Below, piece by piece: positions 53,934-64,000 of a stretch of DNA of 64,000 nt. The stretch's first letter is position 1. Each line of letters starts with the position of its first letter. Source of the stretch: Trypanosoma brucei (taxonomy: Eukaryota); the NCBI GenBank assembly GCA_000002445.1, contig CH464491.1:3104001-3168000 (forward strand), in the 5' to 3' direction. The notes under the pieces were generated by a model. That model worked only from the letters and a program-made list of their open reading frames with translations. It had not been told where the DNA came from and did not search any database. The translations under genes and the position numbers were made by a program.

Positions 53934-54257
53934 ATGGCTTCTTGCAGAACTGGGCGGTTACCGATGCCTGACGACCCACTTTTTAATCCTATTCATATGG
54001 CCAACTTCCGTTCGACGGCGCGCATTGCCGGTGTGGGACTTCTGGGCGTCATTTGGATAATGTACCAAAAACTTCACCATTCGCATCATTATATTACCTA
54101 CAAGGGGCCGGAAAACCCTTTCGCTCGCATTCGTCACCGTAGGTTTCCTGGTGGTACTTTCGCCTTCGGGTGGGGTAATAATGGATTGAACCGCGACTGC
54201 GGCCTAAAGGAATGGGAGTGCTGGGCTGGGTACACTGGTAAAGAGTACACTTATTAG
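53934..54257 (+). CDS. Small hypothetical membrane protein (~107 aa, one predicted TM helix)
   Basis: From the internal Met of ORF 53778..54257: MASCRTGRLPMPDDPLFNPIHMANFRSTARIAGVGLLGVIWIMYQKL.. has a hydrophobic helix. No family recognised. Confidence 0.3.
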   Translation: MASCRTGRLPMPDDPLFNPIHMANFRSTARIAGVGLLGVIWIMYQKLHHSHHYITYKGPENPFARIRHRRFPGGTFAFGWGNNGLNRDCGLKEWECWAGYTGKEYTY

Positions 54258-55035
54258 GCATTTTTAGCGAATACATGGAAATTTTTTGTCTTCAAAAGTT
54301 TTTTTGTTTTGTTTTTTGTTTTCTTTGTCTTTTGTTGTTAGGGCGTACCGGCAATACGGTAGGGGGAATTAGTATTTATGTGTAGACTGCTCGTTATCTG
54401 ATTTAGGGATTTTTGTAAAACCAATAAAGTACCATATAAGTACTGAAAAAAATTTGCATGCTCTATTTTTCCCGTTGGTGTACCTGGTACGTTGTTGCCT
54501 TGGCACGTTCATGTCGTCCATCTTTGCATCTTCATCAATCTTCTTTGTTAGTTATTATAGTTGTTCTATTTGCTTGTGTGCAACAACTTTTGTTGTTTTA
54601 GATCATCGCCATGGATCCTCGACGAGGGGGGACGCGTAGCAACGTGGGAGCGTCTTCTGCATGCGATAAGGATTTCCTTCAGACAATTCGGAATTATTCC
54701 ATGCGTGTCCAACAGGAGGAATGGATGTATAGTGGACCGTCGGCATACTTTTCTCTTCCGAAGAATTCAGCGCCTTCAGGAACAAAGTAAGCGCTCAGTC
54801 TGGCGCTCTCAGTGTTCCTCCTGAGTTATTCTGAGGAAAAGGCATGGTAGCTGCCACCAGGTGCGACCAAATATGTGCCTTCACGTTCCCCCTTGTTATG
54901 CACGTTTTCCCTCTTTCCCTTTTCCTTCCAAGAATGAATAAATTCTGTCTGTGTATGCATCATTAACTGTCTTCATAGAGTGGCTGCTGCAGCCCTTCAT
55001 GCCGCTTATTTCCCTTCTTTTTTCCTTTTTTTTTT

Positions 55036-56913
55036 TTGAGAGCAATAATGGATATAGGCAACTTTGACTCACGTCCCGCGTCTATTCTGGAATACATCAA
55101 ACGGAATCCCTCCTCCGCACTTAGCACCCGGTGGGTTTTCGACCTTCCAGAGGCTGAACAAGAGGAATGTCTGGTAAAGATGATTGAGAATGCCGCCTTT
55201 CCTGAAACATGGATGGTATATTTTGATTATGCTGAGCGTAATAGAATAACCGTTACCGATGACATTGCATTGGAAGCTATTCATAGTGTCGGACTTGACC
55301 CCCACAGCGCCCCTTTGTGGTTAAAGGTTATCGATATTTGCTGCGGGGAGGGGAAGAAAAGGGAGTTGTTTCATATGGCTTTGCAAGTCCCTTTATATCA
55401 GCAAAACATGGTCTACAAAGTGTACAGAACATTTGAGAGCGATGCTGCGAAGCGGAGTGGGGAAAAGGTCGGTAACCATCTTGCTCTTTCGGACATCAAT
55501 CACTTTTCGGAGATGCTGAAAACGGAGCCCCGCTGGCCCGATCGATTTGTCGATTCCTCCGCATGCAGCAGCTACCAAAGAAATGTTCTATGTTCACAGT
55601 GGAACATCCTGCTTCAAACTCTTTTAGGTAGGTGTGATCAGGATTCTATGCGGGAGCTTCACTTAAGGAGGGCAGAACTTGCATTTCGCCAAATGTGCAG
55701 TCAGTTTCCCAATGAAGACGTATGTTGGTACACATACGCATGCTTCATGGCTGTAAAGATGAACGACCATGTCCAAGCTATGGAGATACTGAAGAGAGGG
55801 CGAGCGTCTAGCAGTGAAGTCTCGGTTGCACTCTGGTTGGCGGAACCGTTACTGAACAGGGATTTTCAGTTGGAGCAACCGTTGACAAAGGACAAGGTAA
55901 ACGCGCAACTTTTTATTCAGCGGCTCTATGCTAACACCGCTAGAAATTTCTTGCAAAACAAGAAATGTCTTCGGGATATTGGAAAGAGGGCTGTCGCTGA
56001 AAATGTTAGTGATTGGAAACTTTATCACCAGTGGGCCTCCGCGGAGCGCTCCGTTCTACGGGATCAGTCAATGACGTCCAAAATATACGAAAGGGGTATT
56101 TCTTGCGTCTCGAAGTCCCCAAAAGATGCTATACTGTTTTCCAATGAGGCCATGAAGTACCACCTTTGGCGGCAGGACGAACGTCAGGTTGTTGGTTACT
56201 CCGAGTTGCAAATTGAATTACTGTCCACTTCGCAGCACGATGGATGGGTAAGGGCAGGTTGGAACTATCTTGTTAATGCGGAGTCCATGATCGGTTTGCC
56301 TTCGCTACCGAAAACTCTGAATAGGCGAGCTGAGCGGAATAACGATTTACCTTATAAATCAATTATCGAGCGGTACCGTGTGGGAAGTTACATTCCATGT
56401 GCGGACCGGGATCTTGATTGGATTGAATTTGTCAATGACATCACTCGTATTCGAAGGGAGGAACAGGAGCATATCTTCCAGGCAGTGACACCTATAAAAA
56501 ACTCGTCTATTTCGGTTCCCGCTCCTCGCAAGTTTGTGGGAGCGTCACCAGACACATCTCTGTGGTGCCCAATTGAGATGGCCCCCAGACATGAAGGAGT
56601 TTCTATAAAAGACCCAGATGAAATAGTCGGACCACGATACCTCCGCGGGAGGCTTGTGTATAAGCTGACGCTTGACGACAAGACTGCAGCGAGGCTTCGA
56701 AGGGAAGAGTATATGCGAGGGAAGAGGGAGGGTATGGACGAAAAACACACCCCAGCGGGCGCCGCCCAAAGCGCTCTCCAGTTGTTGGTGGAAAGGCTGG
56801 GTGCAAAGAGGTGGAACGAAACTCAACTTCGGTTGTGCAGACTCGTTAGCGCAGAGTGGCTTATGAACACCCTTGCAATGGGTGATTTGGACCTCGCGAA
56901 GAAAAAAGCGTAG
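55036..56913 (+). CDS. HAT/TPR-like helical-repeat protein (625 aa), possibly an RNA-processing factor
   Basis: Recurrent W/Y-spaced helical repeats (..APLWLKVIDICCGE.., ..VCWYTYACFMAVKMNDHVQAMEILKRG.., ..DWKLYHQWASAERS.., ..AMKYHLWRQDER..) of the kind found in HAT-repeat proteins (CstF77/Rna14, Crn). The assignment is tentative. Confidence 0.6.
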   Translation: MRAIMDIGNFDSRPASILEYIKRNPSSALSTRWVFDLPEAEQEECLVKMIENAAFPETWMVYFDYAERNRITVTDDIALEAIHSVGLDPHSAPLWLKVIDICCGEGKKRELFHMALQVPLYQQNMVYKVYRTFESDAAKRSGEKVGNHLALSDINHFSEMLKTEPRWPDRFVDSSACSSYQRNVLCSQWNILLQTLLGRCDQDSMRELHLRRAELAFRQMCSQFPNEDVCWYTYACFMAVKMNDHVQAMEILKRGRASSSEVSVALWLAEPLLNRDFQLEQPLTKDKVNAQLFIQRLYANTARNFLQNKKCLRDIGKRAVAENVSDWKLYHQWASAERSVLRDQSMTSKIYERGISCVSKSPKDAILFSNEAMKYHLWRQDERQVVGYSELQIELLSTSQHDGWVRAGWNYLVNAESMIGLPSLPKTLNRRAERNNDLPYKSIIERYRVGSYIPCADRDLDWIEFVNDITRIRREEQEHIFQAVTPIKNSSISVPAPRKFVGASPDTSLWCPIEMAPRHEGVSIKDPDEIVGPRYLRGRLVYKLTLDDKTAARLRREEYMRGKREGMDEKHTPAGAAQSALQLLVERLGAKRWNETQLRLCRLVSAEWLMNTLAMGDLDLAKKKA

Positions 56914-57137
56914 TGTTGATTTTATGCAGGTGTTTGGAGCTTTGTTAGTTTTCTTTTGTTACCTCGGATACCCGCTTTATTTTTTCCTTTTTTTTTGCTT
57001 CAGCAAAGGAAGAACTGGTGGGATTCGGTTTCATATTTTCTTTAAATGTGTTCCTAGCCAAGCCATTATCTTGTACACATCATTTATTTTGCTTGTTTTA
57101 CCTCTTAGGTGCATTTGAGAAGTTAGATAGAGAGAAC

Positions 57138-58088
57138 ATGAAGAACACTAATAACCTCCGCGTTCTAGGAAGCGATCCGTTTAAGGATATTACAGCGAAA
57201 GCACGGGTGAGGCAGCTGCTGCAGACGCACCAAGGTAGAGACAAACTCTTTAAGGTCGTTCAATACTTTCTCCGAATCAAGCTTTGGAGGGACTCAGTGG
57301 CTTACAGCACAAGCTATCTGCCCGGGGGACACTACACTGCAGTTGAGCGGAATTTGATGACGATTATGAACACTCGCAGACTTTTCCGAGTAGGGCGCTT
57401 TGTCGGAGAACTTGTGAGGATGAGGGTGACGTTGATCAAGTGCTCGGAGCTCGTGTATATACCTGCTCGTGGGGGGCAATGGGTTGGTTTTTTTATTCAG
57501 TGTCAAATGATCTGTGACTTGATTGCTCGGCTTCTGATGTGTGTGAAGTCATTGTGCGAGGATGTTGCTTTTCTTGCGCAGAAAGGGTTCTTGCACAGTA
57601 ACGTAGCTGAGCAGCTTTTCAACATTGCTTTCCGCTGTTCGCATCCTGTTTTGTTAGTTGATCTTTTTCTCAATACACTCCGGTTGCTACAAGGAGTAAT
57701 TGACGCCTCACATCAACCGGATGAAAAGGAAGTGATATCGGCGACATACTCGTTTTCTCTCCTCTCCAGGTATGATCGTGTCGACAAACTGCGCCGAGGA
57801 ATGTGCGAATCGAAGGGCGACGGAAAATCAAAAGACGATCGACAAAACTCGAAGATTGTAAAGGCTCGCATGGAGAATAACGTGGTTTTAGTAGATTCTT
57901 ACGCGAAGCTACTTTGGAAGGATTTCGAATTGCACTGGATTTTCGTCACTGAGCTCAAACTACTACTCGATATTTTCGTTGCTTTTGCGAGTATGAAGCG
58001 CTACGAAGCGGCGCGCGGCGTCGCCAGTGTTGCTGGTCTCTTTTCTGGTATTCTTTCTGTCTATCGTGTTTGGACGTATGGCCGCTAA
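57138..58088 (+). CDS. Pex11-family-like peroxisomal/glycosomal membrane protein (tentative)
   Basis: ORF 57018..58088. From Met 57138 the N-terminus LRVLGSDPFKDITAKARVRQLLQTHQGRDKLFKVVQYFLRIKLW resembles the Pex11 N-terminal amphipathic signature (..TDGRDK..R..QY..R..W). It is hydrophobic near the C-terminus but longer (316 aa) than canonical Pex11. Confidence 0.45.
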   Translation: MKNTNNLRVLGSDPFKDITAKARVRQLLQTHQGRDKLFKVVQYFLRIKLWRDSVAYSTSYLPGGHYTAVERNLMTIMNTRRLFRVGRFVGELVRMRVTLIKCSELVYIPARGGQWVGFFIQCQMICDLIARLLMCVKSLCEDVAFLAQKGFLHSNVAEQLFNIAFRCSHPVLLVDLFLNTLRLLQGVIDASHQPDEKEVISATYSFSLLSRYDRVDKLRRGMCESKGDGKSKDDRQNSKIVKARMENNVVLVDSYAKLLWKDFELHWIFVTELKLLLDIFVAFASMKRYEAARGVASVAGLFSGILSVYRVWTYGR

Positions 58089-58416
58089 CGGGTCTAAGGA
58101 GGAGTTGAAGCTGGGTGAGGGAGTCAGCCGCGAAAAGAAGATTTCAACATACGCATTTATCCGCCTTTATGATATTGCTAATCCATTGTATAATGTTCCC
58201 TTTCCTGGGGCAAAGGCATTTGCTCCCCGTTTGCGCCCCTATATACAAGCGCACGTATATGCATATGTACGATGCTATTTGCCTTCTGAGGCGGCTCTGT
58301 TCTCCCTTCCCCCTTAGCGCGGTTCAAACGCCCCCTCGTTCGTTGCTCTTTCTTTTATGTTTTGTAACTTGAATGTCTGTCTTGCCTTTCTCTCTAGCCA
58401 GTACGGGAAAGAGAAC

Positions 58417-59292
58417 ATGAACGCTAGGAAGCCACTCGCAGTCTCGGCGGGGACGAACTCTCGCAGTGGAGAGGGCGATTGGAAGAGCACCATGCGTAGC
58501 TTCAGGGAGGGTGTCCGATGTCTTGGTGAGGAAAATGAAGCTCTAAGAACCGTCAGAAGTGACTTGGACGCCATTTCACGGAAGCTCACTGAAAAAATGA
58601 ACTCTTTGGTTGAAGAGAATGGGTCATTTCACAAATCCATGTCTACTTTATTGGATGATGAGCGGCGTAAGGTTTCTATCATCACAGATCAAAACGAAAA
58701 CCTACTTCACAAACTAGAGGAACTCAGGAAGGAATATGATGATGCGAACAAGGAAATATCTCGACTTACCGATTTAGTGCATACCGAGAAGAGCAGGAAT
58801 AATAGTGTTGTGGGGTTGTTTGAAAAGAAGCTAGCAGAGAAGGAGGATGAATACCAGACGGAACTCCGCCTTCGAGAACAGTCGCTGGAAAAGCTAAAAA
58901 CGCAACTAGAAGAAAAGTGCTCAGCCTATGAAGCACAACTGACTGATAGGGATAACCTGTTACAGACAGAAAGGTGCCAGTGGAAGTTACAGAAGGAGGT
59001 GTATGAGAAGGAGATTGAGAGGCTTCTTTCTCAAGTGGGAAAGTTTGCCATCACCCAACGATCGTCTTCACAGCAGTCTACATTGGGTGTGGATGTCGCA
59101 CACGCAAAGCCCCCTCTAGCCCCCGTCCCTCCCCCCGCGCCTACGGATGAGGAAGGCGACCGTGCCGTCGTTAAAAAGAGACGCTTGGAAGCTGTTCGCC
59201 AGCAGCGGCGGCTAAAGGAGAATGACAAAAATGATACCACCTTGGCGTCCATTGGTAAACTGAAAGACCTTAAAGAAAGTCTTCAGTTGTAG
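58417..59292 (+). CDS. Hypothetical coiled-coil protein (~291 aa)
   Basis: ORF 58357..59292. Extended heptad-rich region (..LLHKLEELRKEYDDANKEISRLTDLVHTEKSR..LEKLKTQLEEKCSAYEAQLTDRDNLLQTERCQWKLQKEVYEKEIERLLSQV..) and a Pro-rich tail. Confidence 0.55.
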   Translation: MNARKPLAVSAGTNSRSGEGDWKSTMRSFREGVRCLGEENEALRTVRSDLDAISRKLTEKMNSLVEENGSFHKSMSTLLDDERRKVSIITDQNENLLHKLEELRKEYDDANKEISRLTDLVHTEKSRNNSVVGLFEKKLAEKEDEYQTELRLREQSLEKLKTQLEEKCSAYEAQLTDRDNLLQTERCQWKLQKEVYEKEIERLLSQVGKFAITQRSSSQQSTLGVDVAHAKPPLAPVPPPAPTDEEGDRAVVKKRRLEAVRQQRRLKENDKNDTTLASIGKLKDLKESLQL

Positions 59293-59550
59293 ATTGAATT
59301 TTGTTTTGTTCCCATGAGTAGATGCTAGATTTTAAAAATTATATTCAAACCCAGTTTGACTTAGTAGTCTTAACCAAATCGTGCTATTAAAGGAAATACA
59401 CCCGCTGCGTATGTCTATACGTGAGAAGACGCGCCGCTACCTAAGGCGGCGGAGTGTGGATTTTTATCTTCTATCTTATTTATGTGCCCTATCAATGCGT
59501 CATTCTATATTCTGATTGTTGTTAAGTTGTTGAGGGAGTCGCTCATACAC

Positions 59551-60309
59551 ATGCATGGTGCTTTGGTGTTTGGGTTCGTCGTCGTTTTTTTATCATTTCT
59601 AGTCTTATGGCAACGTGCATCTTGCGTAAGTAAGATACACCTACTTGGGGACGTTCTTTTTGTGTTCGCACACCCGGACGATGAAGCGATGTTCTTCTCG
59701 CCGCTGTTGGATTATGTCAGGCGCCATGGCCTGAATGCCCACTTTCTCTGCTTGTCCAATGGAAACTACAGTGGCTTGGGCACAGTCAGGGAGAAAGAGT
59801 TAGTTGCCAGTGCGGAGTACTTTGGAGTTAACAGGCGTAGCGTCCGCGTGGTAGACCACCCGGACCTACAGGATGGTCCAGACAACTTATGGAATACCGA
59901 AATAGTCCAACGAGAGGTTCTTTCGTACCTGCACAGCGTCAAGGACATCCGCACTGTTATCACGTTTGATCATAGGGGAGTCTCTTCTCATGCGAATCAC
60001 GTAGCGGTGTATGAGGGAGTTCTCTTGGCGAAAAAGAATCTTCCTCCCGGGATACTATTTTTGAGTCTGCACACGAGGGACTTATTGGAAAAGTACGTGG
60101 GTATACTTTCCACAGTAGGCTATACGGTAGGAATACATCGTTGCGGCGGACGCCGAAACCACGTAATCCTCATTCCGCCGACCTCATTGTTCACAAGCTT
60201 TTCCGCCATGAGGAAACACAAAACCCAACTTGTGTGGTTCCGCTATTTGTTTGTTTGGTTTTCTTCCTACTCTTACGTTAATGAAGTGAAGGAATTGGGG
60301 GTCGCATGA
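59551..60309 (+). CDS. GPI12: N-acetylglucosaminyl-phosphatidylinositol de-N-acetylase (PIG-L/GPI12 family)
   Basis: ORF 59482..60309. N-terminal TM anchor, then VLFVFAHPDDEAMFFSP (the PIG-L HPDDE motif) and ..HANHVAVY (conserved His motif). Confidence 0.8.
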   Translation: MHGALVFGFVVVFLSFLVLWQRASCVSKIHLLGDVLFVFAHPDDEAMFFSPLLDYVRRHGLNAHFLCLSNGNYSGLGTVREKELVASAEYFGVNRRSVRVVDHPDLQDGPDNLWNTEIVQREVLSYLHSVKDIRTVITFDHRGVSSHANHVAVYEGVLLAKKNLPPGILFLSLHTRDLLEKYVGILSTVGYTVGIHRCGGRRNHVILIPPTSLFTSFSAMRKHKTQLVWFRYLFVWFSSYSYVNEVKELGVA

Positions 60310-60519
60310 ATCGAGGAAATTTAGCCCCCGCGCACTTTTTCTACTGCTTACTGGTGTACATTAAGATGATGAATGATCAACGCTGTCCTCTATAACCGTT
60401 AGTGGGCAGCTACTAAAGTTGAATGACGTGTTTCACAGATTGGCGTTGCCTCCCTTTGTTGACGTGCATATTTATATGTTTCCTTTCTCTTATCCGTTTA
60501 CTTTAGCTGGGCAGCGGCG

Positions 60520-61299
60520 ATGGGCAAGCTATTTAAACCACCATCCAACTGGAGCAAATTGTACGCTAAAGTGAAGGAAATTCGAGAAGAAGTCCAGGCA
60601 CCAGTGGACACCGTAGGGTGCTCAAAGTTGTTTGACCCATCGGCGTCAGATGAGGTCAGGCGGTACCATATATTACTGGCACTCATGCTCAGTGCCCAAA
60701 CCAAAGATCACGTGACTGCAGCGGCGATGCACTCCCTTATTGATCACGGTTGTACACCGGAGACAATTTACAAGATGCCGGAGTCGAAGCTTAACGAGTT
60801 CATATCTAAGGTTGGTTTCCACAACACAAAGGCGAGGAATATAAAAGCAGCTACTGAGTCTATACTGCAGCTACACAAAGGAACAGTGCCGCGGTCTTAT
60901 GAGGGATTGGTTTCCCTTCCAGGTGTTGGGCCCAAGATGGCCCATCTTTTTCTACAGGAAGCAGACAGTGTGGTAATCGGAATTGGAGTTGATACACACG
61001 TCCATCGAATCGCCCAGCGGTTCCACTGGGTTCCCTCAACGGTAAAGAGTCCAGAGGATACGAGGAAGGCTCTCGAAGCTTGGCTTCCCGCCAAGTATTG
61101 GGGTGAGATCAATGGAATGTTGGTGGGATTGGGCCAAACAATATGTACTCCCCGGATCCCGCGATGTTCAGAGTGCCCAGCGAGTGGGCTGTGTCCCAGC
61201 GCCTTCCGCGAGGCAAAGGGCGGCGTGAAGCGTCAGAGGTTGCCCGAAATTGAGGACGTTGGTGCTGTGGTTCCAGCCCCAAAACGGAAGCGTATATAG
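60520..61299 (+). CDS. NTH1: Endonuclease III homologue (NTH1; HhH-GPD DNA glycosylase with [4Fe-4S] cluster)
   Basis: ..LLALMLSAQTKD.. (Nth family), helix-hairpin-helix LPGVGPKMAHLFL, catalytic region GVDTHVHRI, and the C-terminal Cys cluster CTPRIPRCSECPASGLC (Cx6Cx2Cx5C). Confidence 0.85.
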   Translation: MGKLFKPPSNWSKLYAKVKEIREEVQAPVDTVGCSKLFDPSASDEVRRYHILLALMLSAQTKDHVTAAAMHSLIDHGCTPETIYKMPESKLNEFISKVGFHNTKARNIKAATESILQLHKGTVPRSYEGLVSLPGVGPKMAHLFLQEADSVVIGIGVDTHVHRIAQRFHWVPSTVKSPEDTRKALEAWLPAKYWGEINGMLVGLGQTICTPRIPRCSECPASGLCPSAFREAKGGVKRQRLPEIEDVGAVVPAPKRKRI

Positions 61300-61537
61300 T
61301 AATATACATGCATATTTCCCCTCTGTATCTCTTTACCACTTGTACTATTATGTCATTTTCTTTGTTGTTGCCGCCTTTCTTTGGGGGGGGGGGGTAACCT
61401 TTTCATCCCATGTGGAGGAGGGCATGTGTAGAAAGAATAGTTGTTTCTGCTGTAATATTGATGTTTGTGGCATCGATGTTTGCTTATAGGCGCTCCTTGT
61501 TTCCTTTTTCTTTTGATAGGAAGTTGCACTAAACAGC

Positions 61538-61930
61538 ATGTTCAACCAGTTTTCGAAGATGCCCTTGGAGCCTCCATACATTCGCAACGTATACATCGCG
61601 AGCCTTCCGCCCAACTACACCGAAGAAGAGCTCCGAGCGTTGTTTGCGCCGTTTGGTAAGATCGTCTCAACAGCGCTTGTACGGGATAAGGAGACAAAAC
61701 GCTGCAAGGGGTATGGGTTTGTGCTGATGGAGAGATACCAGGACGCATACAATGCTGTCATGGCTCTTCAGGGTCACACCGTTCAACACGCCCGTGTGCA
61801 AGTGCGATTGGCGCGCCCCGAAGCATCTGTGAAGAAGGCCGATCCGCTCTTGTACACTCAAGCGATGATGTGCGAGGTTGTGCAACCTGCGGTGTATGTT
61901 CTGTACCCACCGACGTGTATTACTGCTTAA
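61538..61930 (+). CDS. RRM-domain RNA-binding protein (130 aa)
   Basis: RNP2-like NVYIASLP and RNP1-like KGYGFVLM with standard spacing (..EELRALFAPFGKIVSTALVRDKETKRCKGYGFVLMERYQDAYNAVMAL..). Confidence 0.7.
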   Translation: MFNQFSKMPLEPPYIRNVYIASLPPNYTEEELRALFAPFGKIVSTALVRDKETKRCKGYGFVLMERYQDAYNAVMALQGHTVQHARVQVRLARPEASVKKADPLLYTQAMMCEVVQPAVYVLYPPTCITA

Positions 61931-63377
61931 GCAGAGGGTGCGGAAAGTGGTTCCAGACGCCACAAATAAATAAGTATATTTAAATGTTAGTATATTGCAT
62001 TTTTTTTTTTACTTTCTGTTTTTTTTTTTCGTATGCTCTTGTGGGTGGCTCAGCATGTGTATGAAGTTCCGTCGTGCGCTAACATTGATTGGCTACCCAC
62101 CTCTATGCTTAAAGGACAACAATTAACCAAACGTTACAAGCAACTTTTTTTTTTATTATTATTATTTTAAATAACTTATATGAAACAACTTTTTTTAAAA
62201 AATGAGCTTATTCATCATTTGAGGTCACCCTCTTTCAACTCCTTAAAAAAAAAGATTATGAACCGCTGGGTTGTGCGGGGTGAAAAATAAACGACACCAT
62301 GAGCTGCAGAAGTACTAAGAAGAAAAGACACTAAGAGGTGTCAAGGTGGTGCACCGGTCACGAACTCGAATGAGGGCGAAGGTTGCACTCCAACATACTC
62401 TTGCACGCTACTGCTACGTTGGTGGTGCGGTTCTAATCTTCCAGAAAGATTACATCTTGTATATATATATATATATATATATTACTATTGTTGTTTCAAA
62501 CTGATGCAATCGTTACTTCTACTATCTTAATGCTTCCCTCTGAAGTGATCGGGAAGACCACGTGTACTCTGTTACCTTGAAGGTAGACCGGAAAGAAAAA
62601 GAAATTCAAAAAACAAATATGAAACGGATGGAGTATGGATGAGAGATAAAATCTGGGGAAAATGAAAAAAAAACACATAAAAAACCAGCGGAAGGGAATG
62701 GGAAGTGGGAAAAGTTATTATGGTAAGGAGTGAAATAGATTAAAGGGGGGGAAATAAATGAGTAACTGACCGTGGTAGGGGAGAAGGGTCGAAATGTGTT
62801 CGCATGTGAAAAAAGGGCATGTCAATGTCTTTTGGCATTCCCTTCCATTGTTATAAAAGAAATCGAGGGGGGGAAGGGGTTAAAAGGGGGGAGAAATTCA
62901 ACTGAAAAAAGAAATAATGATAGGTAAGTGTAAGCATTTAACAAGTACCATGGCATCAACCACTTTACTAGAGGAGAGCCTTCGTGGGTTTGTCGAACCA
63001 ATGAAAGTTGTAGTATGTGGGACCAAACAAGAGTAGAGGAAAGGGGGGGGGATGAAGAATGGTACACATAACTAGGAGGCTTTACGTACACATAAACCAA
63101 CAGTGAGTGAGTGCTTTTTATGTTACTACTTATCACTTTAGGAGGGAAATATTTTTCAAAGAGGAAAAGTTTCCAAGGGGTGGTGCGCTCCACGTACAAC
63201 CCCACAGTTTACTTGCTCCATAACTGCTTGCGGTTCCACTGCTTCGTGTGACCACTATTTTCATCTCTCGTACTTTTCTCTCTTGATGTTTACTCGCATA
63301 TCCATCTTTACCATTGGTGTGCTTGTTTGCGGGTGAGTGTGTGCTGAAAGGGAGGTGTCCAGCAACCATATAGGAAG

Positions 63378-64000
63378 ATGGGCCCCAACAGACAAAGGAA
63401 ACCAAGAGAACTGGCGCGTGGTAGAGGTCGTGGTGGTAGATGCGGCCGTGGGCGGGCTGCTGCACCGGCACCTACAGCACCGTCATCTATCCTCTCGCGT
63501 GCCGAGAAGGACATGGTAATTGACGTTCTCCACCACGCTGCCAGCGGAGGGGCAGTTCCGGTATCTGAGGAACACTTTAATCCGAACTCAGGCTCACGCA
63601 TCAAGTTTCAGCGCAATAGTCCGTTAACACCTTCGGAGATCCTTCAGCGATTATATGAAGGCCTTGGTTTCCCACCCGATCTGGTCACACAATATGTGAG
63701 AGATCTAGCGGACGAATCAAAATTACCGGTCTTTAACTCCATCGGAGAACTCCTCGCAGAGGGCGGACCTTTCCAATCATTTTTGGTTGATAGTTGCTTC
63801 GAACTGTTTTCCTACATGCTGTGGTATTCACGTGAGGAAGAGGGCACGAGCTTAACCCCTGAGGAGGGAGACTCCATACTTCAGGAGGAGTTGGAAGCAG
63901 TGCGAGCCCTCTTTGATGATAGTTTCATCGGTTTGAAGAACTTTGGCGATGACGATACGGACGACAGGGAACTCCAGTTCTCCTTCTTCACACAAGACGA
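63378..64000 (+). CDS. 5' part of a protein with a UBA-like segment followed by an RWD-like domain; the ORF runs off the 3' edge of the window (not in the supplied ORF track because there is no in-window stop)
   Basis: Own translation from ATG 63378: MGPNRQRKPRELARGRGRGG..SPLTPSEILQRLYEGLGFPPDLVTQYVRDL.. (UBA-like) ..LQEELEAVRALFDDSFIGLKNFGDDDTDDRELQFSFFTQD.. (RWD-like). No stop through nt 64000. A pyrimidine tract lies at 63240-63335. Confidence 0.5.
   Translation, partial: MGPNRQRKPRELARGRGRGGRCGRGRAAAPAPTAPSSILSRAEKDMVIDVLHHAASGGAVPVSEEHFNPNSGSRIKFQRNSPLTPSEILQRLYEGLGFPPDLVTQYVRDLADESKLPVFNSIGELLAEGGPFQSFLVDSCFELFSYMLWYSREEEGTSLTPEEGDSILQEELEAVRALFDDSFIGLKNFGDDDTDDRELQFSFFTQD

Noticed and set aside
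1-64000. CRISPR arrays, prokaryotic operons/promoters, rRNA genes, spliced-leader RNA genes
   Set aside because: Gene structure and content are eukaryotic kinetoplastid. The only direct repeats are kilobase-scale. No match to the conserved 39-nt spliced-leader exon or to SSU/LSU rRNA termini was seen by eye.

Overview
This window reads as a kinetoplastid (Trypanosoma-type) nuclear chromosome segment. Large intronless ORFs are densely packed on the + strand, separated by short pyrimidine-rich spacers (putative trans-splice/polyadenylation regions), which is the pattern of a polycistronic transcription unit. Recognisable genes in 1-30.3 kb are: tandem 40S ribosomal protein S17 (x2), SF3b1, an LRR/IQ protein, an ADP-ribosylglycohydrolase-like protein, an IQ-motif-rich protein, coatomer gamma, a long protein with an embedded MoaC domain, MsrB, the PP2A catalytic subunit, COX15 heme A synthase and a Cys-rich type-I membrane protein. 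From 30.4 to 49.6 kb there is no convincing long CDS. That interval is dominated by a repeat structure of about 14 kb made of three near-identical copies of a ~2.9 kb unit: a direct copy at 33.0-35.9 kb, a direct copy at 39.0-41.7 kb and an inverted copy at 43.3-46.9 kb. The second and third copies form a long palindrome around a 1.6 kb unique centre. The palindrome is flanked on the left by an ~800 bp A/C-rich tract and on the right by a mirrored G/T-rich tract, and it contains a 100-N assembly gap. Each unit carries an identical 121-aa coiled-coil ORF. Downstream there is one candidate minus-strand gene (49.7-50.7 kb), a ~1 kb putative divergent strand-switch region with a G12 run, and a second + strand gene block. 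That block holds a coiled-coil protein, a WD40 protein, a HAT/TPR-like protein, a Pex11-like protein, PIG-L/GPI12 deacetylase, endonuclease III, an RRM protein and a partial UBA/RWD-like CDS running off the 3' edge. No CRISPR, rRNA or convincing tRNA was seen. All functional calls rest on motif recognition in the translations, not on database searches.
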